Source of the DNA: an uncultured delta proteobacterium | Lineage (GTDB): Bacteria > Desulfobacterota > Desulfuromonadia > Geobacterales > Pseudopelobacteraceae | DNA: 64,000 bases | Reading direction: 5' to 3' | Assembly (NCBI GenBank): GCA_963772835.1 | Contig: CAVYYZ010000001.1 | Coordinates: forward strand, 32,001 to 96,000 | Part shown: positions 12,958 through 25,352 of the stretch, in pieces | Layout: the number at the start of each line of letters is the position of its first letter | How positions within the stretch are numbered: the first letter of the stretch is position 1 | Notes under the pieces: model-generated | What the model was told of the DNA's origin: nothing | What the model saw: the letters and a program-made list of their open reading frames with translations, nothing else | Databases searched by the model: none | Program-made: the position numbers and the translations under genes

Positions 12958-13109
12958 CTAGAAGGCTAGACCTTCCAAGCTTACCTAGGTCAAACCAAAT
13001 CACTTACAATCACTGCTATTCGGTTTTGAGAGACCAGAGTCTTCTCTGGTTTTTTGCTCTTTATAACTTTAGTGTGTTGATCGCTGAAAGCGATGAATCA
13101 CGATTTGAT

Positions 13110-13186
13110 GGGCTTGTAGCTCAGTTGGCTAGAGCACACGACTGATAATCGTGAGGTCGCTGGTTCGAGTCCATCCAGGCCCACCA
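13110..13186 (+). tRNA. tRNA-Ile(GAU)
   Basis: Cloverleaf GGGCTTG...CAGGCCC-ACCA; anticodon arm CACGA-CTGATAA-TCGTG. Confidence 0.96.
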
Positions 13187-13196
13187 ACCCTTTATT

Positions 13197-13272
13197 GGGG
13201 GTGTAGCTCAGCTGGGAGAGCACCTGCCTTGCACGCAGGGGGTCATCGGTTCGAACCCGTTCACCTCCACCA
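13197..13272 (+). tRNA. tRNA-Ala(UGC)
   Basis: GGGGGTG...CACCTCC-ACCA with G3:U70; anticodon arm CCTGC-CTTGCAC-GCAGG. Confidence 0.96.
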
Positions 13273-13422
13273 ATAATTTGAGAAGATGGCTTTGATGCTG
13301 TCCTGATCAGAATAGTTCTTTGACAATTGCATAGTGGATAGTTTAGGTGGTAAGACGCATACTCAGTGCGTACGTTTTTACTTGAATTGTATTGAATTTG
13401 TAGATTGATTTCGATTTTTTAT

Positions 13423-16373
<2,951 letters not shown>

Positions 16374-16485
16374 TAAAAATGAAATACGGCCCGGGGAGGG
16401 GCAACCCTCCCCAGGTCGATATAAATCAAATCAAATCATACAAACCAAAAACTATCCATCCAACGCAATTGCCAGGAAATCATTT

Positions 16486-16551
16486 GGCGTGAACGTGAAA
16501 CATGAAACGTGAAAGGATAATCCCTTCACTCTTCACCTTCACACTCACCCC
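16486..16551. repeat. Palindromic array of 6-7 nt repeats in the 23S-5S spacer
   Basis: CGTGAA/CGTGAAA/CATGAAA/CGTGAAA, then GGATAATCC, then CTTCAC/CTTCAC/TTCAC/CTCAC. Confidence 0.75.
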
Positions 16552-16558
16552 TAAGAGT

Positions 16559-16677
<119 letters not shown>

Positions 16678-16685
16678 ATTAATAC

Positions 16686-16723
16686 AAAACGCCCCGCAAC
16701 CAGAAATGGATGCGGGGCGTTTT
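16686..16723 (+). terminator. Intrinsic terminator of the rRNA operon (potentially bidirectional)
   Basis: AAAACGCCCCGCA...TGCGGGGCGTTTT. Confidence 0.85.
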
Positions 16724-16795
16724 ACGTTTATGATGAGTAAAAAATAGCCCCCCGGTGTTCGGAAGGCCATGCTTTTACGGGGTGTCGAACAGTAC

Positions 16796-17101
16796 TTATT
16801 TCAATATCGGTTTCGATTGTTTCCAGAAGATGCCGAGAACTTCACGCTCGTTTGCATTGAGCGTAACACCTTTCTTTTCCATTTCCTTCTGGATCAAGTT
16901 CATATTCTTTCCTGACGAAAGTGCGATATCGATTTTTTCTTTCGAATGGCATGATGTACACTTTTTGTCAATAATAGCATGAGCTTTGTGTGAGTTTCCT
17001 CCGGTAACATTTCCTAGATCATTTCTTTCCTCTGATGCCATGGCAAGTGAGGATAGTGATATAAAGCAACTTACAATAGTTATATATGTGGCTTGTTTCA
17101 T
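16796..17101 (-). CDS. Small exported monoheme c-type cytochrome
   Basis: 101 aa; signal-peptide-like N-terminus (…SSLAMA/SEE) and a single CTSCH heme motif. Confidence 0.75.
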   Translation of the reverse strand: MKQATYITIVSCFISLSSLAMASEERNDLGNVTGGNSHKAHAIIDKKCTSCHSKEKIDIALSSGKNMNLIQKEMEKKGVTLNANEREVLGIFWKQSKPILK

Positions 17102-17166
17102 AAATCAACCTTCGTCATAATTTTATTCCATGTCAAGACGCTGTGATGCGTGTTCCACTCTGTGAG

Positions 17167-17664
17167 TTATTCTCTTACAAAAGTGTCCTGATCAGATTCA
17201 TGAACCATTCCCATGATATGAGCATACTCAGACTCTATCAAGTCGTAGTGCACTTGTGTTTCCTTAACGACCCGCTCAAAAACGGCTCTAACTGCTGGGT
17301 CTACTACGCCTTTTGCAAGTTGGGTGTACTGTCCTATACACTCCTTCTCCTCAATCAGTGCCAGCTCTAAGGCCCTTTGCTCAATCATGTCCTCGTTGAT
17401 TGCTTTTTCAAGCTTCATATAGGTCGGGTTTTTTGTATCAACGGGCGAATTCAGGCACGACGCCAGATCTCCAAACTCAGGACCCTTGTAATGAATAAAA
17501 AAAGCTTTGAGGTGCCCGACCTCTTCATTAGCAAGCAATTCAAGTGTCTTTTTTGTCCTTTCATTCTTGGCGACCGAGGCAGCTCTTCGATAAAAATCCA
17601 TGCTGTCCTTTTCAGCTTTAATAGCCAATCTGATAGCCTCTTGCAACGAATACTCTCTTCCCAT
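17167..17664 (-). CDS. Ferritin-like / rubrerythrin diiron-domain protein
   Basis: AIKAEKDSMDFY, LANEEVGH, ALIEEKECIGQY, KETQVHY (ExxH pairs); GGAGG RBS. Confidence 0.85.
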   Translation of the reverse strand: MGREYSLQEAIRLAIKAEKDSMDFYRRAASVAKNERTKKTLELLANEEVGHLKAFFIHYKGPEFGDLASCLNSPVDTKNPTYMKLEKAINEDMIEQRALELALIEEKECIGQYTQLAKGVVDPAVRAVFERVVKETQVHYDLIESEYAHIMGMVHESDQDTFVRE

Positions 17665-17789
17665 GTAAACCCTCCCGGTTATGTTTTCATGTACAGTATA
17701 TCCATTATAGCGGTTTGGTCAATATTTATGTGTTGAGTTTAAGTGTACAGAAATTGTTAGCGAGATGCATTAGTAAATACAAAATATAC

Positions 17790-17818
17790 TTGACATTCAT
17801 ATCGCTTGGACGTACATT
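17790..17818 (+). promoter_or_regulatory. sigma70 promoter upstream of the PEP synthase/PPDK regulatory protein gene
   Basis: TTGACA-N17-TACATT. Confidence 0.6.
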
Positions 17819-17875
17819 CTCATTAGAAAAATAGCGAAGTTTCTCATTAGTGACTGAGGATGATTCATATATTAT

Positions 17876-18691
17876 ATGAAAACTATTTATGTGCTTTCAG
17901 ATTCAACAGGTGAAACTGCGGAACGAGTAATTCGTGCAGCTCTCTCGCAGTTTTATGATGATGATGTACGTGTTCACCGCCTATTTAAAGTAAGCTCACA
18001 ATCTGACATACAACAGGCGCTTTCTATAGCGGTTCTTACCCCTGGTCTCGTTGTATATACTCTGGTTAATCCTGTCCTGTCAGAGGCGGTTGAGCGGGTC
18101 GCTGAGGAATGCGGGCTCATTACGGTGGATTTACTTAGTCCTCTTATCTACAGCCTGTCACGTTATCTGGGAGCACCCTCACGAGAAAAGCCCGGTTTAC
18201 TCCATCGAATTGATACTGATTATTATCGGAGAGTTGAGGCTGTTAATTTTACCGTTAAACATGATGATGGACAGGAAACAAGATATTTGCATAAGGCGGA
18301 TTTAGTACTTGTAGGAGTTTCCCGCTCTTCAAAAACACCCCTATCCATGTATCTTGCACATAAAGGATATAAGGTCGCAAACGTGCCGATAGTTTTTGGT
18401 ATTGCTTTGCCTGATGAGTTGTTCGAAATTGATCAGACTAAGATTGTCGGTCTGTTGATTGATCCGAAAAGGCTGGTCGAGATTCGTACATCCAGATTAA
18501 TTAACATGCGGCAAAGTCCACGTGGCAGTTATAATGACTATCAGCAGGTAGAAGATGAAATATCTGCGTGCAGGCAGTTGTACAGAAAACATCCGGAATG
18601 GTATGTTTTAAATATAACTAATAAGTCTGTAGAGGAAGCAGCATCCGAAATTATGAGACGCATGGAGATGAAGGCCGGCGCTGAATATTAA
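17876..18691 (+). CDS. ppsR: Pyruvate,phosphate dikinase / PEP synthase regulatory protein (DUF299 kinase-pyrophosphorylase)
   Basis: IYVLSDSTGETAE, FTVKHDDG, LVGVSRSSKTPLSMYLA, SVEEAA. Confidence 0.9.
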   Translation: MKTIYVLSDSTGETAERVIRAALSQFYDDDVRVHRLFKVSSQSDIQQALSIAVLTPGLVVYTLVNPVLSEAVERVAEECGLITVDLLSPLIYSLSRYLGAPSREKPGLLHRIDTDYYRRVEAVNFTVKHDDGQETRYLHKADLVLVGVSRSSKTPLSMYLAHKGYKVANVPIVFGIALPDELFEIDQTKIVGLLIDPKRLVEIRTSRLINMRQSPRGSYNDYQQVEDEISACRQLYRKHPEWYVLNITNKSVEEAASEIMRRMEMKAGAEY

Positions 18692-18727
18692 CAATTCTGT
18701 TGAATGCCATCTAAAAAGGAGATTGAG

Positions 18728-19399
18728 ATGAGAATTCTTATCGTTGAAGATGAAAAAAAAGTTGCCAGTTTTATTAAAAGAGGACTCGAAGATGACGGTT
18801 TTCAGGTTACACTCAGCTATGACGGAGCTGATGGTCTTAAGCGTGCAAGCAGTGGTGAATTTGACCTGGTCATTCTTGATTGTATGCTTCCTAAGAAGGA
18901 TGGTTTAAGTGTGTTGCATGAATTGCGTGAGTCAGGTTCTCAACTTCCTGTATTGATGCTTACCGCTAAATCTGAAACGTCGGATGTTGTTTCAGGTCTT
19001 GATGCAGGTGCTGATGATTATTTGGCAAAACCGTTTGCTTTTGCCGAACTTCAGGCCAGAGTAAGAGCCCTCATCAGACGGAGTGAACAGGATCGCGGGG
19101 CTGAGATTCGTTTTGCTGATTTACGGCTTGACCCTGTTAACCATAAGGTCTGGAGAGGCCAGGCCGAGATAGTTCTGACTGCAAAAGAATATAACCTTCT
19201 GGCATATATGGTTCGAAATGCCGGTAACGTTCTTTCTCGCGCAAATATTGCTGATAACTGCTGGGAGTATCCGTTTGAAACATTCACAAATATTATTGAC
19301 GTATATATAAATTACCTCAGGAAGAAAGTTGATGGCAAGTTTCCAACTAAACTTATTCACACTGTTCGCGGTCAGGGCTACATTCTGAAAGAAGGGTAG
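18728..19399 (+). CDS. OmpR/PhoB-family (CusR-like) response regulator
   Basis: MRILIVEDE, LVILDCMLP, GADDYLAKPF, winged helix VYINYLRKK...IHTVRGQGY; AAGGAG RBS. Confidence 0.92.
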   Translation: MRILIVEDEKKVASFIKRGLEDDGFQVTLSYDGADGLKRASSGEFDLVILDCMLPKKDGLSVLHELRESGSQLPVLMLTAKSETSDVVSGLDAGADDYLAKPFAFAELQARVRALIRRSEQDRGAEIRFADLRLDPVNHKVWRGQAEIVLTAKEYNLLAYMVRNAGNVLSRANIADNCWEYPFETFTNIIDVYINYLRKKVDGKFPTKLIHTVRGQGYILKEG

Positions 19400-19525
19400 A
19401 TGGAGTTGATTTTTCCGGATTGATTGTTTATTTTACATACGGAAACAGTCAGGGGCGGTGTCGTGGCTTATGCGATCCGCCCTTGCATGTTAAACCAATC
19501 TTTCATGATAATTGGGAGGTCAGTT

Positions 19526-20944
19526 ATGTTATTAAAGAGATTGTTTTCGGTTAATATTCTGGTCATAGGTATAGTTTTTGCGCTATCTACGCCACATACC
19601 TCTTCAGCAAAGGCAGTAAGTCCCGATTTTGTTGTTCTTGCAAAAAAACTAAATCCGACAGTCGTCAACATCCGCACGGCTAAAAATATAAAGCCGCAGC
19701 AGCGCCTCAAGCGCCCGCAGCAGCAAAACCCGTTCGGTAACAATTTCTTAGATGATTTTTTTAACAGGTATTTTGATGAAATGCCTCAACAGAGGCCGCA
19801 TCGTGAACAGAGCCTCGGTACCGGTTTTATTATCAGTCCGGATGGATATATTCTGACCAACAACCATGTCGTGACAGGTGCTGACGAAGTGATGGTTAAA
19901 TTATCCGACGGCAGAGAAGTCAAGGCGGAGATAAAGGGGGCGGACGAAAAGGTTGACCTTGCTCTGATCAAGATCAGTGAAAAGGAGCAACTTCCTTTTG
20001 CTGAACTTGGGGACAGTGATACTCTCGACGTTGGCGAATGGGTTATGGCCATCGGCAACCCTTTCGGACTGTCTCACACCGTTACGGCCGGCATCGTAAG
20101 TGCCAAGGGGCGGGTCATTGGAAACGGCCCGTACGATGATTTTATTCAAACGGATGCTTCTATTAATCCCGGAAATTCCGGAGGGCCGCTCTTTAACGCG
20201 GAAGGTCTCGTAATCGGCGTAAATACAGCCATTATTGCCGGAGGAGGTGGAGGCATTGGATTCGCCATTCCGGTAAATATGGCTAAGATGATCGTCAACC
20301 AGTTGCGAGAATCCGGTATAGTGACCAGAGGATATCTCGGAGTGCGTTTTCAGTCGCTTACAACTGATCTGGCCAAATCATTTGGTCTCGAATCTGATAA
20401 GGGTGCCTTGATTTCTTTCGTTGAAAAGGACACTCCAGCAGAAAAAGCAGGGCTCAGGGCGGGGGATGTGGTTGTTGAATATGATGGCAAACAGATTAAT
20501 GAGGGGAGTGAACTGCCTCGATATGTTGCCGCAACTCCGGTTGAGAAAAAAGTCAGAATTGTAATTTACCGCGATGGAGTCAAACATGATATTTCGCTTG
20601 TTGTTGGCAAACTGAAAGATAAAAATGCTGACAGAGGCCCGGACAACGGCAAGGAAAGCGACAGGATCGGAGTTACTGTTGAAGAAATAAGGAAGGATCT
20701 TGCCGATCGTTTCGGTCTTGCAGACAATAAGGGGTTAGTCATTACTGAGATTAAAGCCGGATCTACAGCAGAAGAAGCTGGTGTGACTGCCGGTTCTGTC
20801 ATCATTGAGATTAATGGAAGCCGGCCTGAAACTATTAATTCGTACAACGCCATTGTCAGCAGACTTAAAAAGAGTGAAGTTATGCGACTTCTCCTTCGAC
20901 GCCCAGACGGTACCGTGCATTATGTCGCTTTGAAAGTTGAGTAG
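19526..20944 (+). CDS. HtrA/DegP-DegQ family serine protease with two PDZ domains
   Basis: Signal peptide, LTNNHVV, IQTDASINPGNSGGPL, two PDZ-like repeats. Confidence 0.93.
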   Translation: MLLKRLFSVNILVIGIVFALSTPHTSSAKAVSPDFVVLAKKLNPTVVNIRTAKNIKPQQRLKRPQQQNPFGNNFLDDFFNRYFDEMPQQRPHREQSLGTGFIISPDGYILTNNHVVTGADEVMVKLSDGREVKAEIKGADEKVDLALIKISEKEQLPFAELGDSDTLDVGEWVMAIGNPFGLSHTVTAGIVSAKGRVIGNGPYDDFIQTDASINPGNSGGPLFNAEGLVIGVNTAIIAGGGGGIGFAIPVNMAKMIVNQLRESGIVTRGYLGVRFQSLTTDLAKSFGLESDKGALISFVEKDTPAEKAGLRAGDVVVEYDGKQINEGSELPRYVAATPVEKKVRIVIYRDGVKHDISLVVGKLKDKNADRGPDNGKESDRIGVTVEEIRKDLADRFGLADNKGLVITEIKAGSTAEEAGVTAGSVIIEINGSRPETINSYNAIVSRLKKSEVMRLLLRRPDGTVHYVALKVE

Positions 20945-20988
20945 TATACCAAGGCTGTTTTAGAATCCGTCTTGGTTTTGAGGAACTT

Positions 20989-21963
20989 ATGTCCGCCCGT
21001 TATATGCAGCCACTGCGAATTCTGGTACAATGCGCATTCATTGGTTTTATGGTCTGGCTTGGGCTCTGCTTTTACCAGTTCGTGCATGTTGTCAGTTCCG
21101 GAATTAAGGGAGACATAGCTGTTCGTCCGGATGGTATTGATGGATTTCTCCCTATTTCCGGCCTGTTGGGAACAGCCTCCTGGATAAAAGGGGGAGGTAT
21201 TAATTCAGTACACCCTGCCGCGGTTATTATCTTCGTAACGGTTGTTCTTGTTTCACTCCTGTTGCGTCGTTCCTTCTGCTCATGGATCTGCCCGGTTGCG
21301 ATTATATCCGAGTGCGCCTGGAAGACGGGCTTTCGTCTGATGCTACGCAACCCGCGACTACCTGCATGGATGGACGCCGGATTTCGGAGTCTGAAATATT
21401 TGCTGATGGTTTTTTTTGTTTATTTTATTGGTATTGCAATGTCGTCGGACGCGCTCATTCGATTTATTCAATCAGATTACCATATGATAGCGGACGTACG
21501 GCTGTTGAACTTTTTTCTGCATATATCACCGTTGGCGTTGGTGATTATTTTGGTGTTGGTGCTTTTATCCGTTGTTCTGCGTAATCCATTCTGCAGGTAT
21601 CTCTGCCCATACGGAGCTCTGCTAGGTCTGGCAGCCACACTCTCACCCCTGCGTGTGACCAGAAATAGTGACCGTTGCGTAGAGTGTGGAGTCTGTAGTC
21701 AGGTCTGTCCAGCTTACATAGACGTCATGCACAAAACGAGTGTAGTTTCTCCCGAATGTATTGCCTGCTGGAGATGTATCAGCCATTGTCGGTTCAATGA
21801 AGCACTTACAATGCGGGCTTTCCGACGTTTTGCGGTTCCGGGGTTTGTTTTTGCCGCTCTGGTGCTGCTGTTTTTTTTGAGTGGGTCAATAATCGGCAAG
21901 ATAAACGGGTATTGGCACAGCGCCATATCACTGGAAGAATATGTCCGACTATTGGGCAAGTAA
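20989..21963 (+). CDS. Membrane 4Fe-4S binding protein (NapH/YccM-like)
   Basis: Several hydrophobic helices; FCSWICP and FCRYLCPYG; CVECGVCSQVCP and CIACWRCISHC ferredoxin motifs. Confidence 0.85.
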   Translation: MSARYMQPLRILVQCAFIGFMVWLGLCFYQFVHVVSSGIKGDIAVRPDGIDGFLPISGLLGTASWIKGGGINSVHPAAVIIFVTVVLVSLLLRRSFCSWICPVAIISECAWKTGFRLMLRNPRLPAWMDAGFRSLKYLLMVFFVYFIGIAMSSDALIRFIQSDYHMIADVRLLNFFLHISPLALVIILVLVLLSVVLRNPFCRYLCPYGALLGLAATLSPLRVTRNSDRCVECGVCSQVCPAYIDVMHKTSVVSPECIACWRCISHCRFNEALTMRAFRRFAVPGFVFAALVLLFFLSGSIIGKINGYWHSAISLEEYVRLLGK

Positions 21964-21982
21964 CTAAAAAGGGAAAATTATT

Positions 21983-23152
21983 ATGGGCGTATATGCCAAC
22001 ACTGTAAGTATTACTCAGTTCGCTATAGCGGGCGAATTGCCAAAAACAGACCAATATCAGTGGTTTTCTAAAAAACTTGCTGACCGTGGCTTTCAGTCAA
22101 TAGAAAATTCCACCGAAGAATCTGCTGAGGGTTGGACGCTGGTTGACAAGCCGGATGAAGCAACTTTTGATGTGCCATCTGATTTCTGGCGCGATAATTT
22201 TGTCGTATTTTCTCTTCGCAGGGATCAGCGGAAAATACCATCAGCTGTTCTTAAATCTCACACGGCACGGGAGGAGAGTGCCTTTCTGTCCCAGAACCCG
22301 AATCTGAGACGAACACCAAAACATAAACGTGAGGAGATTAAGGAGCAGGCACAACTGCGTCTTATGACGAGGTGCCTTCCTGTTCCTTCTTCTGTAGATG
22401 TTGTGTGGGATCAGAAGAGCGGAGTACTTACGCTTTACAGCCTCGGATCGAAAGTTATCGAGCGCTTTGAAGATATCTTCCGTAAAACCTTCGAAGGATT
22501 CAGCCCTGTTATAGTTCATCCGTTTGCGCGGGCTCGAACCTTACTGGAAGGCCAACTGCTGGATTCATTGGAGGCAGCAAATCAGGCCGGTTCGGATGCT
22601 GTTGTCTCCTTAATTCGTGAGAACCAGTGGCTTGGGTATGAATTTTTGTTATGGCTTCTTCAGCGTGGAGTAAACGGAGAGGGTGAATTCTCGGTTTGTC
22701 GACCCGGTCACCTTGTGAACGGCGAGAAATTTTCCGCCTGGATTGATGACAGGATTCAATTCCAGGGTGGTGGTGAAGAGGGTGGAATTCAGAAAGTCAC
22801 GGTTTCAGGTTCACAGGATAGTTACCTTGAGGCCATATCCGCCCTGAAAGGTGGTAAACGGATTACCAGCGCAACGATTTGCATGGAAAAGGACGAGAAC
22901 CCCTGGAAATTGACACTCAAAGGTGATACGTTCGGCTTTTCATCTTTTAAATGTCCACAGGTGCGTGTTGAAAAAGATTCTACCGTCGATCAGATGAGTG
23001 AGCGTGAAGCGGTTTTTTATGAACGGATGTTCCTCATGGACCAGGGGTTGCAGCTGTTTGACAGTTTATTTACAACGTTTCTTTCCGAGCGTCTGACAGA
23101 TGCATGGAACGGACGCTTGCAGGCGATCCAAGCCTGGTTGAACGGGGAGTAG
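21983..23152 (+). CDS. rdgC: RdgC-like recombination-associated protein
   Basis: FQSIE...GWT, FSLRRDQRKIP, KREEIKEQ, LGYEFLLWL resemble RdgC segments. Confidence 0.65.
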   Translation: MGVYANTVSITQFAIAGELPKTDQYQWFSKKLADRGFQSIENSTEESAEGWTLVDKPDEATFDVPSDFWRDNFVVFSLRRDQRKIPSAVLKSHTAREESAFLSQNPNLRRTPKHKREEIKEQAQLRLMTRCLPVPSSVDVVWDQKSGVLTLYSLGSKVIERFEDIFRKTFEGFSPVIVHPFARARTLLEGQLLDSLEAANQAGSDAVVSLIRENQWLGYEFLLWLLQRGVNGEGEFSVCRPGHLVNGEKFSAWIDDRIQFQGGGEEGGIQKVTVSGSQDSYLEAISALKGGKRITSATICMEKDENPWKLTLKGDTFGFSSFKCPQVRVEKDSTVDQMSEREAVFYERMFLMDQGLQLFDSLFTTFLSERLTDAWNGRLQAIQAWLNGE

Positions 23153-23156
23153 TTAG

Positions 23157-24173
23157 ATGAAATTTATCGATGAAGTAACATTGTTTGCATCTTCAGGTCA
23201 TGGTGGCGCCGGATGTGTCGCATTCCGGCACGAAAAGTTTATTGAATTCGGCGGACCAAGCGGAGGTGACGGCGGTAAGGGTGGCGATGTCATTTTCGAA
23301 GCAATATCTGGGCTTTCAACATTATTGGAGCTTCGCCACCGGCCCCATCAAAAGGCTGAGAACGGTCATAACGGCATGGGTAAAAACCGCCATGGTGCGG
23401 GTGGAAGGGATCTGCTTATCAAGGTGCCGGTTGGAACGGTTGTCAAAGATGCGGAGAACGATGATATCCTGGCGGATCTGACGGAAAACGGTCAGCGTGT
23501 GATTCTGCTGAAGGGGGGCAGGGGAGGCCAAGGAAACGCCCGATTTGCGTCAGCCACCAACAAGGCACCGAAGTTTGCCCAACCGGGAGAAGAACATGAA
23601 GAGCGGAAGCTCCGATTGGAGCTGAAACTGATGGCTGATGTCGGGCTTCTCGGATTACCTAATGCTGGTAAATCATCGCTAATCAGCAAGATTTCCGCTG
23701 CCCGCCCCAAGATTGCTGATTATCCCTTTACCACCATGGTTCCTTCCCTTGGCGTCGTGCCGTATAAGAATTATAAATCCTTCGTTATGGCCGATATTCC
23801 AGGCATCATCGAAGGGGCCAATGAGGGCGCTGGACTGGGGCATCGTTTTCTTAAACATCTCGAGCGATCAGGTATTCTTCTGCACCTGGTTGATATTTCC
23901 TGGATGCCTGAACGGGATCCACGTGCTGAATTTGAATCAATAAATCGAGAGTTAGCACTTTTCAGCCCCGAACTGGCTTCAAAGGAACAAATTGTTGTTA
24001 TTACTAAAATCGATCTTCCGCAGACAAGGGAAGAACTCTCTGCAATCAAAACCTGGTTCGAGGGTAAGGGAGTCACCGTATTTCCAATTTCCTCTGCAAC
24101 TGGTGAAAATGTTGATCTGCTGCTGGATGAAATTGCCCGTCGATTGTGGGGTCCTCCGGAAGAGGTGTGGTGA
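23157..24173 (+). CDS. obgE: GTPase ObgE/CgtA
   Basis: [38 protein letters not shown]. Confidence 0.97.
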   Translation: MKFIDEVTLFASSGHGGAGCVAFRHEKFIEFGGPSGGDGGKGGDVIFEAISGLSTLLELRHRPHQKAENGHNGMGKNRHGAGGRDLLIKVPVGTVVKDAENDDILADLTENGQRVILLKGGRGGQGNARFASATNKAPKFAQPGEEHEERKLRLELKLMADVGLLGLPNAGKSSLISKISAARPKIADYPFTTMVPSLGVVPYKNYKSFVMADIPGIIEGANEGAGLGHRFLKHLERSGILLHLVDISWMPERDPRAEFESINRELALFSPELASKEQIVVITKIDLPQTREELSAIKTWFEGKGVTVFPISSATGENVDLLLDEIARRLWGPPEEVW

Positions 24174-25294
24174 TGCGTAAGGAAGTAATTAAATCAGTTA
24201 AGCGGGTTGTTATAAAAATCGGGAGCAGAGTGCTCACAGATTCAAGTGGTGCACTTGATATGTCGGTCATAGGTGAAATCTGTGATGAAATTGCGATGTT
24301 GCGTCATCAGGGTTTGGAGATCATTGTTGTCTCATCCGGTGCTATTGCGGCGGGCAGAAGCGAACTGGGTCTGAAAGATAAACCGCGGACCATCCCTCAT
24401 AAACAGGCTGCCGCAGCAGTAGGCCAGACCCGCCTGATGCAGGCGTATGAAAAATCGTTGGCCCCTCAAGGTTTTAAAGTTGCACAGGTTCTTTTAACCA
24501 GTGAAGATCTGGGAAGCCGTCAGCGCTTTCTTAATGCCCGTGCAACTCTGGATGCATTGCTTGGTTTTGGAATTATCCCGATTATCAACGAAAATGATAC
24601 GGTTGTTGTTGACGAGATCAAGTTCGGTGACAATGACAATCTCTCAGCACTTGTAACGAACGTTGCCGAAGCACATCTGCTCCTGATATTGACCGATATT
24701 GAGGGATTCTTCAGCGCAGATCCGCACACCCATCCGGAGGCCACTCTGGTCCCTCTCATCAAGGCGGTTACACGTGAGGTTGAGCGTGCTGCCGGTGATT
24801 CAGGGTCAGCTGTCGGCACAGGAGGAATGGCGACAAAGGTGGCTGCCGCCAAGAAAGCCGGTAAAAATGGTGTTGCAACCATTATGGTTTCGGGAAAGAG
24901 ACGGGGAGTTATTGTCGCAGCATTACAGGGCGAGGAAGTCGGAACCCTGTTTCTTCCTTCCGGGATTGGAATTAATCGTAGAAAACACTGGATTGCCTAT
25001 ACCCTGCGGCCATCAGGGAGAATAATTGTGGATGATGGTGCCCGGAATGCGTTGGTGAAGAAAGGCAAGAGCCTTCTTCCCTCCGGCATTGTTCGGGTGG
25101 AAGGCCGGTTCGAACGTGGGGCGTGTGTCAGACTGTGTGGATTGGATGGCATTGAGTTTGCCCGTGGTTTGTCTGACTATTCAAGCGGTGAATCAACCCG
25201 GCTCGCTGGCTGCAAGAGTTCGGAAATAGAGGGAATATTGGGATATCACTACGGCGATGTGATTTTTCATCGAGACAATCTGGTTTTACTCTAG
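24173..25294 (+). CDS. proB: Glutamate 5-kinase
   Basis: [40 protein letters not shown]-terminal PUA domain. Confidence 0.97.
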   Translation: MRKEVIKSVKRVVIKIGSRVLTDSSGALDMSVIGEICDEIAMLRHQGLEIIVVSSGAIAAGRSELGLKDKPRTIPHKQAAAAVGQTRLMQAYEKSLAPQGFKVAQVLLTSEDLGSRQRFLNARATLDALLGFGIIPIINENDTVVVDEIKFGDNDNLSALVTNVAEAHLLLILTDIEGFFSADPHTHPEATLVPLIKAVTREVERAAGDSGSAVGTGGMATKVAAAKKAGKNGVATIMVSGKRRGVIVAALQGEEVGTLFLPSGIGINRRKHWIAYTLRPSGRIIVDDGARNALVKKGKSLLPSGIVRVEGRFERGACVRLCGLDGIEFARGLSDYSSGESTRLAGCKSSEIEGILGYHYGDVIFHRDNLVLL

Positions 25295-25352
25295 AAGTGC
25301 CGTAACTCCTGAAAAATGAAATTATAGTGTCCGTATGTAACAACCGGTGTCG

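Noticed and set aside
13244..13262. U-U mismatch in the tRNA-Ala T-stem
   Set aside because: Such a mismatch is common in spacer tRNA-Ala genes and is not informative.
16486..16551. CRISPR-like array
   Set aside because: Units are only 6-7 nt, there are no unique spacers and no cas genes; I saw no CRISPR array anywhere in the window.
16749..16790. Possible pseudoknot (CCCCG/CGGGG interleaved with GTTCGG/TCGAAC)
   Set aside because: Stems are only 5-6 bp, it lies in a convergent gap beyond a terminator, and it is not distinguishable from chance without covariation data.
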